DNA of 64,000 bases from Chrysomallon squamiferum (lineage: Eukaryota > Animalia > Mollusca), in NCBI GenBank assembly GCA_012295275.1, contig CM022671.1, positions 29,450,001 through 29,514,000 on the forward strand, read 5' to 3'. Shown here one piece after another: positions 1 to 22,798 of the stretch (its first letter is position 1; each line of letters opens with the position of its first letter). The notes below the pieces were generated by a model that worked only from the letters and a program-made list of their open reading frames with translations, had not been told where the DNA came from and did no database searches. The translations under genes were made by a program, and so were the position numbers.

Positions 1-441
1 GTCAAATTAAAATAATTAAAAAAAAAAATTTGAACTTATTTGAGAATACGTACTCAAGATAATGTAAATTCAGTTCCTCACATAAATTTGAAAATTACAA
101 ACAACAACAAATTTAATTTATTTATTTATTTATTATTATTTATTTTGGTACAGTGGACTGGGCTTATTTCTTTAAACATGTGAAAAACTGATTCATGAGC
201 ATGGCTCTATTCCTGGTCTGTTATGGTAATCTACCAAGGGTTTCCAGGTGTTTTTTTTTGGTTTATTTTACAAAAATCCTAAATTTATTTCAAATTCAGA
301 AATAATAAGTTTTTCTCTTTTTTTGTAGTATTGTTCAATTTTTGGTAGAAAATAGAAATGTAACAATATACAGTTATTATTTTTCAAGCTGTCTATGTAT
401 CATACGTAGATATCACTTAGAGATGCAGTATTCACACATAC

Positions 442-1011
442 CTCACAGTCCAAGCTGACTACAGGAAGACTCGCATTCTTAACACAGGACAATGCAATTT
501 TATTATCAAGTACAGATGCACTGGCTAGCCAAGTGGCTGAAATAAAGAAAACAATAGATTATTATTGAATAACATGAATAAATAATTTTAAAACATTCTT
601 TTTATAGCAATAACAATAACATTATTCATTTATGAAAACTCAAAACTGCTAAACATGGCAAAATATTAAAATTTATGATGCACCCTTTTCAATTTATTGG
701 CCCACAAATATTTAAATCACTCTTTGTAAATTATTTTTGTTTAGAACTGAGAAACATTTCGTGTTAAATATTGGAAACAAAAATGATTTTATGGTGTGAC
801 AATTTTCCCAGGATAATAAATCCATGTTCCTGAAGTGGGTATGAAATTCAAAAACTGTGAATGCAAGAAACAAAGTATTACCATCTTCACTCCAACTTAA
901 AGCAGAAACATTCTGGTCATGTGGGTTGTACTGCTTGAAAAGATCAAGAGTCTGAAAATCCCACAGTTTGACATCATCACCAGCTGAAGCAAGTTTCAAA
1001 GATGACATCAT
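442..1011 (-). CDS. NEDD1: NEDD1/GCP-WD (WD40 gamma-tubulin ring complex targeting factor); first two coding exons, gene continues off the left edge
   Basis: Exons 1011-882 (MMSSLKLASAGDDVKLWDFQTLDLFKQYNPHDQNVSALSWSED, donor GTAATA) and 536-442 (ATWLASASVLDNKIALSCVKNASLPVVSLDCE, acceptor TTTCAG, donor GTATGT) join in phase. They resemble the NEDD1 N-terminus (ASSGDDIKIWD...FNPH...CWS). Confidence 0.85.
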
Positions 1012-1270
1012 CTAAAATGTCATTCGTAATCGCCAATGTTCATATTAATTGTAAACTTCAACATTTTTTAAACATTCTGTCTAGTAAATGGAAAAAAAAA
1101 TTCTGAAAAAAAGAAAGAAAAAAGATAAATAAATAAAAAATATAGTATTACCACCACTTAAATAACCACAGAAGGCAAGTACATAAACTTAATAAAAATT
1201 AAAATCCTTATTTATTTTAATGTGCGTTTTATTAAAACCCCAAAATAGTTAAGTGCTTCTTAGTTACTGC

Positions 1271-1272
<2 letters not shown>

Positions 1273-1347
<75 letters not shown>
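1273..1347. repeat. (CA)n microsatellite
   Basis: Uninterrupted AC dinucleotide run. Confidence 0.95.
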
Positions 1348-1348
<1 letters not shown>

Positions 1349-2039
1349 CTGTTCTCTGTATTACTATATATCGTCCTTTCCATCTGCAGATACTTATTTT
1401 ACACATTCACATGATTCAGTTTATAATTTATTTATAAATGTTGGTTTCTGAGGACAAGAATAACAAGTGATATGGAATTTGGATATTCTTTTACTTTTTT
1501 TTATATAGTTAACACTGTTGCAATCAATATAATGACAAAATTAAAAGTATATTACTCTTCAATTCAAACACGAAACAGCTTAATATATATTATATATTAT
1601 TAGGATACTTACTAAGTTACTTCAAACTAGGATAATTAACGCACAGATTTATAAATTACTGAAGTATAATCATTTACAAAATTTTCAATATTTAAAAACT
1701 ATTTTGTTTATTTTATAATATAAAAAAGATTATGAATGCAATGGATCATAGTGGATGGCAATGCTAACATACTACATATACATGATATAGCCATGATCAT
1801 AACTACTTAAACTACATAAATGATATTGATAAGGTACACACATAAGCAAAGTTGTTCTATCTTCTGATGTACTCCTTTCTAAAGTCATTTCTGAGCACTT
1901 GAATATTAACTTCTTACATTATATATTATAATGAAAATACTTTGAAAAAAAATATATATACAATGTATATAATCAAATATAATTAGATAATAATTTTGTA
2001 AACAAAATCTGTCCCGCCTTCGTACCGTTTAACAATTTA

Positions 2040-2625
2040 AAACGAGGCCAACCTTAGAAAATACAAATTGTTGTTGAAACATTAATCTGAAATGTGTGTA
2101 GCCGCTCACTTTACTTTCACTAATATAATAGATCACATAATTATGTTATTATTGCTGTTCTATCCGGATTTGCAAATGAAATGAAATTTTTTTTATTTAG
2201 AATTATGATCGATGTAGATTATAATTATCTTCTTTCTTACATTATTTGTTTTTAATATATTTTATAGCCTTTTTATATTTTTTTAAAATTCTGATGTCAT
2301 GTTTATTACAATAACTGAAACTTTTAAGCTAAAAATTACACAAAAACGTTAAAAGAAAAGGAAAATGATTTTTTATTTGTTTGTTTGATGAAAAAATACA
2401 TTAGTAAAATGACATTACCTTTTAATTGATGTTAATCCGTTTCTGTTAAAAATTTCAAATATAAATTTATATTTACAAAGTCATTGACTGGTTTGAAAAT
2501 GTACATTTTAGGTTATGAGAGTAAAGCGCAACTATGACAGTGTTAGCGGTTGCAAGACAAGACGATCGTACCGAATTTGTTTTCTTCTTTATTTTTTGTT
2601 TTAAATGTTGTAAATAACTTCCACC
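2040..2625. promoter_or_regulatory. Probable bidirectional promoter and 5' UTR region shared by NEDD1 (-) and MBD4 (+)
   Basis: Lies between the divergent 5' ends. CpGs are locally enriched at 2520-2575. Minus-strand donor-like sites at about 2418 and 2052 could end non-coding NEDD1 exons. Perfect Kozak CCACCATGG at 2621-2629. Start sites are not directly visible. Confidence 0.5.
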
Positions 2626-10912
<8,287 letters not shown>

Positions 10913-13900
10913 TATCTTGAGACAGAACTGTGAAATTAACTGCAAACAAAGTGAATGCAGCAGCTGAAGTTACTATAAATGTGGGACACAAGCATTAATT
11001 CTCATTCAGCATTGTCTTAGAGAGAAATTCAGAATTTGATTTGAATTTTTTTCACTTCTTACAGTCCGTTAGATTTTACACAGGTTTTTTCTGTGCAATT
11101 TCTTTGTGTGTTTGGCATCAACATTTGAAAATATGTGTTGATTCACATATCAGAATTTAAAAAAAGGAATATAATCTTTGACTCAGTGTCAAAAGAGTCA
11201 TTACTGCATTTAATGTGTTTCTGTTCTTGTAAGTAAAGCATAGCTCCACTTTCAGACTTCAGTCGTAAGATGTATAAGAATCAAGAGCAAATTTCCCCAT
11301 CGAATCAGTAGTATCAAGGATCATATGTTTGCTTATCCATACACTTGATTTCAAGATCTAGATATTTTTAATATTAAAGTGCCAATCCAACTAGAGGATT
11401 ACAGCCAGTTTATCAAGAGTGAAGATTCACAGAACTGTTTTCCAATTCTAGATATTACTTCATAGTCTATATCCTGTCAATGCATTTTATCCAGTATTAA
11501 GAAAATCACATTAATGATCCATATTCCATTGCTTAACATTACTTTGAAGTTTTATTATTAAAAATATATTTCTATTAGAAACCAGAGTTTGACTTTTTTT
11601 TTTTTTTTTTTTTTTTTGTGAGGGCGACATTAATGAAAAAGTGATATCAAATTATAACATTATATTTTTAAAATGTAAGTTGAATTGGTTATTTAAAAGC
11701 AAACTGAATTACGCTTACAGTGAAATTTAAATTTAGAAAAAGATTGGTCATTTGAATTTATATGTAAACAAGTAGTTAGCCACACATCAGATTATACCGA
11801 TATGAAACTAAGTTCATAATTGTTATTTATTGTCTAACAAATGGCTACAGAAACGTAACATACTGTACCAAAGCAAATAGAAATTTTTATATATTTTATT
11901 TATATTTTTTTATAAGTATGATATTTCACTTTCTTCTTAAACGTAATCAAGTTTGAATTTTATATATTTCTTACTGTCTTTAATAAAACATATATAATAC
12001 TGATATTGTTTTTTTAAGGATTTTAAGCACTGGTCCATGACATTATTATAACGTTTTATGCCCCATTTTGACTACTTAATAAGAAAATTTTTATAATAAA
12101 AAAAATAATAATAATAATCGTCTGAGAAAATGTTAAAAGGGTTTTGTTTTTGTGGTTCAGATAAGCAGACATTTTTTAAATTTAAAATAATATTTTTTTT
12201 TATATATTTTGTGTGGATTTTGACACTGGATTTGTATTTGAACAAGTGTTAAAACATATTTGTGTAGTGTTAATGTTTCAAATTGTTATTGTTTACAGAA
12301 TTTATTTTATTTTATTTTTTCTGTATTTAAGTGCTTCAGTACATTTGGGAAATGCAAAATGTTAATGTGAAGAAAGGCATTACAGTTTTATCTGTGACTT
12401 GTTGACAAGTATAAGCATGTAGCAAAGTAGATTTCATTTTCTGTAAATACTCCGTCATGTTTTTGTATGTGTGTGTGTGGCTGTGTACATGTATATATAT
12501 GTGTGGAATTTGGTGCATGTAGACATTTTCTATCATACATTTGTATAGAAATTATTTTTAGTTGCTTTTATCAATTTTATATGTTATTTAAGTAATGTGA
12601 TCATGCTAAGTCATTGTTTTGTACAGGTGAAGAATTTGAATTGTTTTTTTTTTCTTTTTGTTTTATTTGCTATGTACAGTTACTAATCAAAACATAAAAA
12701 AACAATAAAACAAATTATATTTATTTTGCAATGGTTGATAAGATTTATATCTGAATATTTTAAGACGAAAAAATCAGCTATATTATCAACATTATTAGAT
12801 TTTAAGGGGAAAGTTAGGCAAATGTTGACAAAATTAGTTTTTGATATGACCATTTAGAAAATGAACATAAACTTTTTGATTTTTCTAATAATGTTTTGGC
12901 AGAAGGAAGTGCATATATACAGATTAAATAGTAATAATGGATTACCCATATAGCCATAATAAGTGGAAATATGGTTTATAAAATTTCATTTTGTAAATTT
13001 ATTTTTATAACCAATTTTTTGTATACTCTCTTAACATATTTGTACTGTCTGGAATATATATATTTAAAAAACAAATGCTACAAAATGACAGCAAGAAAAT
13101 CTTGGAAAAATTAACTATTCTTTTCATATAACTTTTTTACAACCCCAGCAGTTATACATATATTGGTTTTGGTTGGAGAGGTTCATGAAATGGGGCTATG
13201 TAATATTAAGAAATGTCCAAAAATAAAAGTAACTATTTATCATAAAAATATATATGTAAATATAGTACTAGTTTTTTATGGTAACAAAAGGGTATTATTT
13301 TCATCAAGTTTCAATTCTGTAACATAAAAAGTCCCATGTTTGTATTTTTGACACACAAAGTACATTTAAATTTTAAAAATTTTACCTGTTTGGCATCATA
13401 ATTTGTGAAAGGTTCTATTTGAATGAAATTCACACAATTAATAGTTTGTTAGAACTGGTGTTATTCAGCCACTCTACTAATATGTGGTTCTTATGGAACA
13501 ATATTCTTTAACTTTTTTGGTAGAAGAAACAATCTGAAAACAAATGTTTTTTCATTTTTAATATAATAACATGTAGCGAATTGCTCTGAGTCATATCTCT
13601 GTCTGGTAGATGTAATCTGAATTGTAACATACAGCTATTTTTATTAAGTGAAAAACAAGCATGAAATGTGCCGAAGAAAGTTGAAAGAATGTGGATCAAC
13701 ATTCTTGTGAACTGAATTAACAAATCCAGTTAATATAAATTAATTCATTTCATTTTCTCAAGATCTTAATATTTTGTACTTTTACATTATTTATTATTTA
13801 CACATAATGTTCATATAAAAACTTATGAAATAACATGTATATATGTATCATCCTGCATGAAAAAAAATAAAAATAAAAATCCTATCACCCGAGTCTATAA

Positions 13901-16900
13901 AATGTAAAAGACATTTAATCATTTCACTGTTTTCTCATTTGAACAGCTTTGAATTTGAATCACTGGTGTATGTGTATCTAACAATAGTTTTAAAAGTAGA
14001 AATACTGAAATTTAAAAAAAAAAAATATAAATATTTATCTGGGAAAAAAACAAAAACAGTTTTTAGATTTTGAAATTTTTCATTTTGTTTTACTTTTCAC
14101 TTGCCTGGTCACATAATTTACAGGGTAGACGAATTAAGAGTAATGTCAGTTGCTAATTTCCACTGGTGTCACTTTTTCTGTATGTATTTACATATGTAAC
14201 AAATGAAACCAGTAGAAATACGTTATATTTTTATGATACATGTAAAATCACTGTTAGTGCTTTTCATGTTGACGTCATTGTTGAATTGTGTTGTTTTTGG
14301 TACATCTGTGATTGCATTTTTAATTCTTTTATTTTTTTAAATTATTATTATTATTTTTTTGTGTGTGTATGTGTGTGTACTTACAGTGAGCAATATGCTT
14401 GCTTTTATCCACATTTATGTTCTAAATCATAAGGATACTCATCAAAACCATTTGGTTATGGTAATGTTTAAAAAAACTGTAGACTGAATCTAGGACCAGC
14501 TGAAATTATTACACAAAATTAATCTGAAAATTCAGTCAGAAGTTAAATAACATTATTGTACAGTTATGGACACTAGAAAAGACATTTTAAAATATTTTTA
14601 TACAGTTTGTTTTTAAAGAAAAAGGGCATTTACAGTTCAAGCACTCGACTGTTCAACAATTCAGAGATGTTATAATTTTCATGTTTTTAAAAAAGAAATT
14701 TGTTTTATAATTTTTATGTGAAATGTGCTTCAGCCTGAGTGGCTATTCACTTGTTTTTTCGTCAGATTATTGTGTTATTGCCAGTTTTATAGAATAAACA
14801 AAATATCTCTAGTGTATTTAGCATTGTTATTATTTAATTTCCTTTTTTTCTTTCTTTTTTCATTAAACATTTTTTTTTCTTCATTTTTTTATGGTATACA
14901 GTAGTAATAATAAATAAATAAATATAAAATGCATAAATTATTGAATTAAATAAAAACTTGCTATCTTCAGGGTTTTTTTGTTTGTTTGATTTGGTTCAAC
15001 TATACTAAATATTTTGAAGTATATTCAGTGTACCTTTGGTGGTAAAAAGATATAGTTTTTAATAATTTCTTATATTATTTTTTTTTTTTGAATAAATAAA
15101 ATATTCATCCATTGTTCCAGAATCAGTTCATTATAAAAAAAACAGCTAAAAAACCCCAACAAAACAAACCAACAAAAAAAAAACAAAAACAAACAAGCAT
15201 TATTATTTAGTATAGTTTATTTATGGAAAAAAGGGGGGAAAAAAGCTGCCAAATGTAATTTATTTATATACAATGATTAAGTAAAGAGTTTATAATATAC
15301 ATGCATGTAAACACATACATAACAATTAAGTACTATATTTTTAATTGCTTTAGAAAATGATTTACCTTAAAACAATGAAATAACTGGTAAAACAATATAA
15401 TAAAACAATAACAATGCATATTACAAAATAAATTTTTTCCCCCTTTATTTTAATTAGTTTTTTATATAAAAAAAATAGAATAAAAATAATATTACATTTT
15501 TTTTTCTTTTACACTTTTTTCTTAACATTAAAACAAAACCATGTAACTGCTTGTTTAAAAATGTTATAAATTATTAAATTCATAGTTAAATAAACAGATA
15601 CCAATTTGTAAGCAAGTTGATACAAGTACTTTAATATAATAACAAAAATCCACTGAAGCTGTGTTTTGTTGTGACAAAAGATTGATTTAAGATGAGTATC
15701 TAACCACCGAGATACAGCGAATTTTCACAGAACAGTAGGAGAATAAATATCAAAGAAAAGTATTAAGTGAAAAGTAGTTTTACTACTTGAAAAATGTCAT
15801 TTTACAATTTAATGCCAAATGTCAAATATAAAAATTTGTTTCTGTTATTTACAGAACTATCACTTTAAATGAAATGGAATCCAAATTCCCATTTGTATTC
15901 AGTTTCCTTTAAGCATAAGCAACCAGATACCGCCTATATACAACTGATAGAAAATTGAAGATTTTGTATGCTCAATTAACAGTGTATTCTCTAATGCTTT
16001 GAAAATGCAGACCTGAAAAACCACATTAACACTGAAATTACCATCAATTCCATATAAATATATAAATTATCTCTATATACAGTTTCATAATTAATTAATT
16101 TTTGATTATAATTAAATAAAAGTTTAAAAAAAAAAAAAAAAAAAATTAATAAACAAAAAAGATTTACTGGTGCAATTTGATTATAAAAAATGGCATGAAA
16201 TAATATACATATATATAATGTTACAAACATACTGTTATTAATAAACATCAGACCTAAATGGAATATTGTGGAGACTTAACCCAATGATACACTGTAATAA
16301 ACGTAACTAATAACAACCCACTAAATACAGATCTAACTCACTAAAAATGAATACATAATCTGACTAGATCCTGTCAAAATTTCTGACCTAATCTCATGAT
16401 TACTTTACACTACTAAGTAATTAGAACCAAATATTATACACCAAACTCACATTCAAACAATTCCTGATCTTTTTTCATATGTCATGCAGCTGTGCTAAAG
16501 GTAATGACAAAAATTAAACAAGTTTGGGCTTGCTCTCGTTAACAGCTCCCTGTCAGAGTTCCATGTGCATTCATAATATATATCTATTTAAAAGTGCTTT
16601 AAATGACATGCTTTTGAATGCATTTATCTCCAGTATTTTTGATTTCATAAGGGAAAACTCCCTAACATATTTGATATATAATGTTTGTTAATTTGATACA
16701 ATATAAAAATAAGGAAAAATGAGAAAAGGAAAGTAAAATTAATTAAATTACAAATTAATTTTCTCCGAGAACAAAATACAATTATAACTATATAAACAAA
16801 AACAACAAAATAAAAATAAAAGCAATAATAATAATAATAATAATAATAAGAAGAAGAAGAAGAAGAAGAAGAAGATGACGAAAGAACAAAAAAAGAACAT

Positions 16901-18282
16901 TGAATACTAGCACTCTTTCTGTAGCACTTACTAGTTTCTCTCTTATTCCTTTTAGCTATGAAAAGAAAACAATTACAAAAATTTACATTCACATAAAAAC
17001 TTCAGATCATATTAGTGACTAAATCTTTTATACTAAATATCACACATATACATACATACTGACACACAGATGTGAGGACACATACACAGAAAAATATATA
17101 TAGAGAGAGAAAGAACATAAGAAAAAGAACCATTAGAAAAATAATGCAATCATTTTCATAGTCCTACACTACAATTTAAAATATGTAAAATAAATATCTT
17201 TGGTATATCATTCAGTATTTATTTATTTTCATTTCTGGTAAGTGTACCAAAATAATTATCACCGAAATAAGGAAGAGAAATATTCAGAATTATACTGGTG
17301 AAAACAAAACAAATAAATGAACAAGCAAAAATTTCAAAAACCTAATTAATAACAAGCATTTGATTTTGTTTTCAGTTTTATGAGTTTGTTAATAACAACT
17401 GAAGCATTCACCTACAAGCTAAATTTAAATTATTATAATTTAACTAAGGAGGTTTTTTTTTCAATTTACTATCAAAATATTTAGAAACTGTATTAATATT
17501 ACCAAAAATAAAATAAAATAATTTATTTATTATATTGTTAAAATCAAATGATTACAACGTAACTGGAAGCACAATTAAACCTTTCACACGATTAATAACA
17601 GTAAAACTTTAAAAAAATATTTAATGAAAAAAATAAATTATAAAAAAATAAATAAATAAAAAAAAGCTTAACCAGAAATTTAGTAATTTCTAAATTTTTT
17701 TAGAGAAAAATAAGTATTCAGCTTTTACTCTTTCTCAAAAAAGTTAACTATTAAACAGTTGGCTAAATTAAATAAATGCCAAGACATATGCAATGAGTAT
17801 AAATGGCTATCTTGCTATTTCACTTTATCACAGTTACGCTTTTACATCAACATCATCAAAACTGAATTCATTAACAACAACATTTACAATATGATTGTTA
17901 GTTTAATATAATCATATATCATTCCTTATAACGAGGTAATTTTTAAAAATTAAATTCTGTAAGTTCATTAAAATTTACAGCTTATTTTCAATGCATAAAA
18001 GAGCAAATAATTATGAATTTTCTTAAAATGTATTTACCATCATCCCAAGCAGCAATTTAAAAATACTCTCAAAACATTATGCCACTGAAATATTCCATTT
18101 TATAATGAAATGTGAAATAAATATGTTTATTTCTGAGATTATGTTTATGCAATAAATGCATTTGTCTACAGAGGTATGTTTGTGTATGTATACAAATAAA
18201 ACTTCTGTGAGTTCTATAAATACATTTTTTTTTTTAAACTGTTGCTACTGAAATCTAACTGAACAGAAGAACAAATGTAAAA

Positions 18283-18430
18283 CCATCTATTAAATAAGTA
18301 GAACATATCAGAGTATAGACCCATTTACTAAATGAATATAACTTGCCAGAATATAGGACCAATCTAATAAACAAGTATAACATATCAGAATGTAAGACCA
18401 CCTATTAAATAAGAACAAGCTGACTATAGA
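18283..18430. repeat. Degenerate minisatellite, unit about 38 bp, about 4 copies
   Basis: Recurrent CCATCTATTAAATAAGTAGAACATATCAGAGTATAGAC-like units downstream of the CCDC66 stop codon. Confidence 0.65.
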
Positions 18431-19052
18431 TCATATTTGCTGACTGAAAACATGTGACTATATAACAATCCAGGGAGCAGAACATGTTTTTGGACACCTA
18501 CTCTCAGATACCCTAAACTCAAATCTGTGCTAAAAAGTAAATCCACTGAATATCTAGTTTATTTTTTCTAACATCATTCAACAATAGCATTGTCCAACAG
18601 ATAGGTTGTAACAGTTATAACAACAGTTTTATTAAATGGTTATTATGAAATTAATCTTGATCAGAATGTTTAGTATCTTTAAATGAGATCTTATTAAGTA
18701 TGCAAAGACAACAATAAGATCTAATTTTAAATAAAATAAAAAAGTTTATAAAAAATATCCAATAAATAATTATCATCATTATCACAATAATGCAACATAA
18801 AACATTTTCACAAATAAACATATATTTAGAAGGAATATACACATACATTTTCTTGTTTCAAAAACAAACTGAATTTGTTTTCTTAAAAAACAATATTAAA
18901 TTAAAAGCTTAAACATTAGATTAAAATTTCAGTATTAACTTTTCAATAAAAGTTAAGTTATTAAGAAGCACTAAAAGGACACAGACATAATTTTCACTTG
19001 GAATGTAGGAGAGTGGAAGTGAGCAGTGAGCTGAAAGTTGTTGTTTTCACTG

Positions 19053-20365
19053 CTAAATGCCAGAGTCAAAGTCACTGGGGGACATACATGTTTCCAGTTC
19101 GCGCTGGCGCTGTCGAAGACTCTAGAAAAACAAAACAATAACAAAAATTAAACTGCATGTTAGCAAAATAAAGAACAGGATCTAATCACTCCAACATTTA
19201 ACTCATTTGGGAAATTTAATGTCTGAAATCCTCTCTGTTACAATTCCACTGAATCACATTATTGCATTAAACAGTCTATTTTTTAATACAGTTACTGTCA
19301 TTGGAAACATAGTATGAATGTATGTGTCACAGTCAAAAGTGTGAATTTTAAATTAAGTTTTTGTGAAGCTCTGTCTCCTTGCACATTTTCCTACACTTAA
19401 CATGTATTCCCTGAGTTAAATATATAGTCCCATTTTCAATGTATGTAAAACCTGATTAGCTGTATGTATGACAATGAAAGATTAAGATTATAAATATGCA
19501 GGGTTAAAGGTATCTATAGTAATTATATAGGAACATTTTCAAAATATTTATTATATGTATAATAAGGTGAGAACAAACATAACTTATATCAAGGTTATAA
19601 ATATCTAGGGTGAAAGATATCTGAAGTGTGCTTATGATGGAAAATGTAAATATGGATTATAAGCAGGTCAACATAAAACAAAAAATAATAATAATAATAA
19701 CAGCAACTATATAAATGTAATAAATATCCAGGGTGAAAGATATTAACAGTGTGTATGCAATGGGAAATGAAAAATTGTTTTACTAATATGATAATATAAA
19801 AAAACAAAAAAACAACAAAAAGAACCCACCCAACAACACTATAACAAGGATGTAGATATCTGAGGTGAAAAGTCCATTCAGTGTGTTTAAAGAAAATAAA
19901 ACAAAATCAGTGATACAAGTATATGAAAAGTCACTCAGTGTGTTTAAAGAAAATAAAACAAAATCAGTGATACAAGTATATGAAAAGTCACTCAGTGTGT
20001 TTAAAGAAAATAAATCAAAATCAGTGATACAAGTATATGAAAAGTCACTCAGTGTGTTTAAAGAAAATAAATCAAAATCAGTGATACAAGTATATGAAAA
20101 GTCACTCAGTGTGTTTAAAGAAAATAAAACAAAATCAGTGATACAAGTATATGAAAAGTCTCTCAGTGTGTTTAAAGGAAAAGGTGACTAATTTCCCCAC
20201 ACTCACTTGTTTTAATGTTGACAGCTGTTTCAGAATCATCTCCTGTCTGACTGTCGGGTGATCTGTCAACAGACACGGGTTTGTCAGTGGATTCTGAAAG
20301 TAAAGTAACATTGCAAATACATGGTAATTTCATATAAGTAAACATGATTCTGAAACTTAAAATAA

Positions 20366-20398
<33 letters not shown>

Positions 20399-22761
20399 TA
20401 ATAATAAAATCAATCAATCAATAAATCAATATTAGAGTATTAATTTAAGAGTCAGCATACAAGATTTACATTGTATACTTTGATGTCATAAAATAGTTTC
20501 TACTCTACAAACTTATGATCAAGTTAACAATATTGATATTTATTATTATTATCTTTTATGGTTATCTATTAATAATAAAAAAAACTTTAAAGTTTAAGAA
20601 AATATTATTTTTAAAATAGAGTATCTCCCAGATGATTATTATAGGTAGACATTTATTATAAATTATCTTGTATCAGATTAAAATAAACTTGTCATCAATT
20701 TCAAATGCATTAACATAATAATACATATATTTTACTAAATAATTATTGATATATAAACAGTTGTGGTAATCAACTTATGCAATCAAGTCAAAAAGGCTTA
20801 AAGAAATAAATATATAATAATATCTTCAAGATCCACATTAACATCAACTTGAATAATATAATAATACAAAAATATATATCATCAACACAATTATTAAAAG
20901 AAGAACATTTATCGTAAACATCTTACATTCCTATCTTTAACTGGACTATTTCTGCTGCTTTCTTGAACATAGTCCGCTTTACTGCCATAGCAGCCTGGTG
21001 CCTGGTTCTCAATGTACGCTTTCCTGGCCTTTCTTATTCGCGTGTTCTCTCTGGAGACCTGAATGGGATCACAGGCTTTGCTTGGGTCGAGGATATCCGA
21101 CGTTCTGGTGAACGGTATAACATCATCAGTGTTGTTGATGACAAGGTCAGTGCTGGAATCTGTGTAATGGTCTGTAGCTGCAGGGTTAAAGGGAGGGTTT
21201 TCTTGAGACGGGTAGTTTGTGTAATTAAAGTGGTCCATGGTGTAATCGTTTTCATGGCTTATTTTGAGAATCTCCACTTGCTGGTCTGTGGATAATAAAT
21301 AAAATGTTGTTAGTGTGAATGAAAAAACTCAAACAAAAGTCTTAGTAGAATTATATATTTAGAAAAATTTTTTTCTTAAACAAAACCCCAGAGTTATTTA
21401 GTTTTATCTACATTAAAAAATTCTTCTGTCAAATAACATCATTACAAAAAAAAAACTCCATACAACCGACATCTAACATACATTAATATAAAAAACTTCA
21501 CAAAAAAATTGACTTATTTAGTTTTAAATATAAAAGGTTCTTCTATTATCAAAAACCATACAACTGGGGATCAAAGACACTTTAATGTAATAATTTATTC
21601 AGGTAATGTTAAACAAAACCCCCTGTTTTTCAGCAAGTGATTACCTGGTTCAGAAACCATCCTGTGTTTCAGCGCAGGCACTGGAGGTGAAAGCGGCCGA
21701 TGGTAGTTACTCTGAGGGTCTAACAAGGGCAGTGACGGCCTCTCTTCTGACGAAGACTTGTGCACTTTCTGCGACTGTGCTTTCGACCTCCCTCTCGTGT
21801 AAGTATCTGTCATAATCGGGGAGCTGTTCGTATCGGACCTTGTGGCTCTCTTGTTGTTTTTGTTGCTTTTGTTCATGTCGTGATCACTCACCTCCTGAGG
21901 ATTCTCACCCACTCTGTGCTTGTCAGCAGGAATCATCTGCTTGTTGGCCTCCACGAGGGCCAGCAGCTTCTGTTTCCTCTGGGCGCGACGCTCCTCTAAC
22001 TCCTCCTGCTTCTCTTCGTAGAAAGGATCTTTCTCCGACTGCTTCACCGCTTTCTTCTTCTGTCTGTTCTGGTAGTTCCATTTGACCTCGCCAGGTTTTT
22101 GTCTCTCCTTGTGAGAACGCTTTTTGTTTTCATTTCTGTCCATTTCTTGTTTTGCAGGCAGACTCTGCACTTTTCTCGTCGGAACTTCGGGTTTAGGAGG
22201 CACTGGCTCACTGTAGACAACGTACACATCAGTCAGATCCAAGTTCATGTTAGATGAAGGGGCAACTGTTCCATCTAGAAATAAAATAAAATAAAATTAA
22301 AATAATAGTTATAGTAAAAGTAACAACAAAAATAAGATATAAAATTAAACTAAAAATAAAAATAATAACAAAAATAAAAATAAACAATTTCCAAAAATAA
22401 GCACACTCAGATTGTAAAATATCACAAGATTCCTAATATCCTCAGACAGCAAGTTGTGTTTATAAAATGGAACCGGTGTGCAGCTCAGTGATTAGAGCAC
22501 AGGCGTGACATTTGTTAGATCATAGAATCAATCATATTTAACATTATTTTCTATTCTAATCTCTTCTCTCTGACTGGTTACCAAATATTAAGATACACAT
22601 TTTCCTTTCACAGACAGGTTGCTTGCATGTAAAAGACTTTTCTGCTTATGGAAAAAAATGTAATATAGCTTTTTCTATTATTAGCAGAGTTTGAAATATA
22701 TTTTAGATGATAGATTAAAATCACATTATAATCATATTAAAAAAAACTGAAAACAAAAATA

Positions 22762-22798
<37 letters not shown>

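Noticed and set aside
19865-20191. 108-aa repetitive ORF and a superficially CRISPR-like array
   Set aside because: A product of the 57-bp minisatellite. There are no unique spacers or cas genes, and the context is a eukaryotic intron.
20172-20417. ORF track frame ...ESTDKPVSVDRSPDSQ...
   Set aside because: Wrong frame. The phase-consistent exon 20293-20207 reads NPLTNP...RQEMILKQLSTLKQ, matching the CCDC66 C-terminus.
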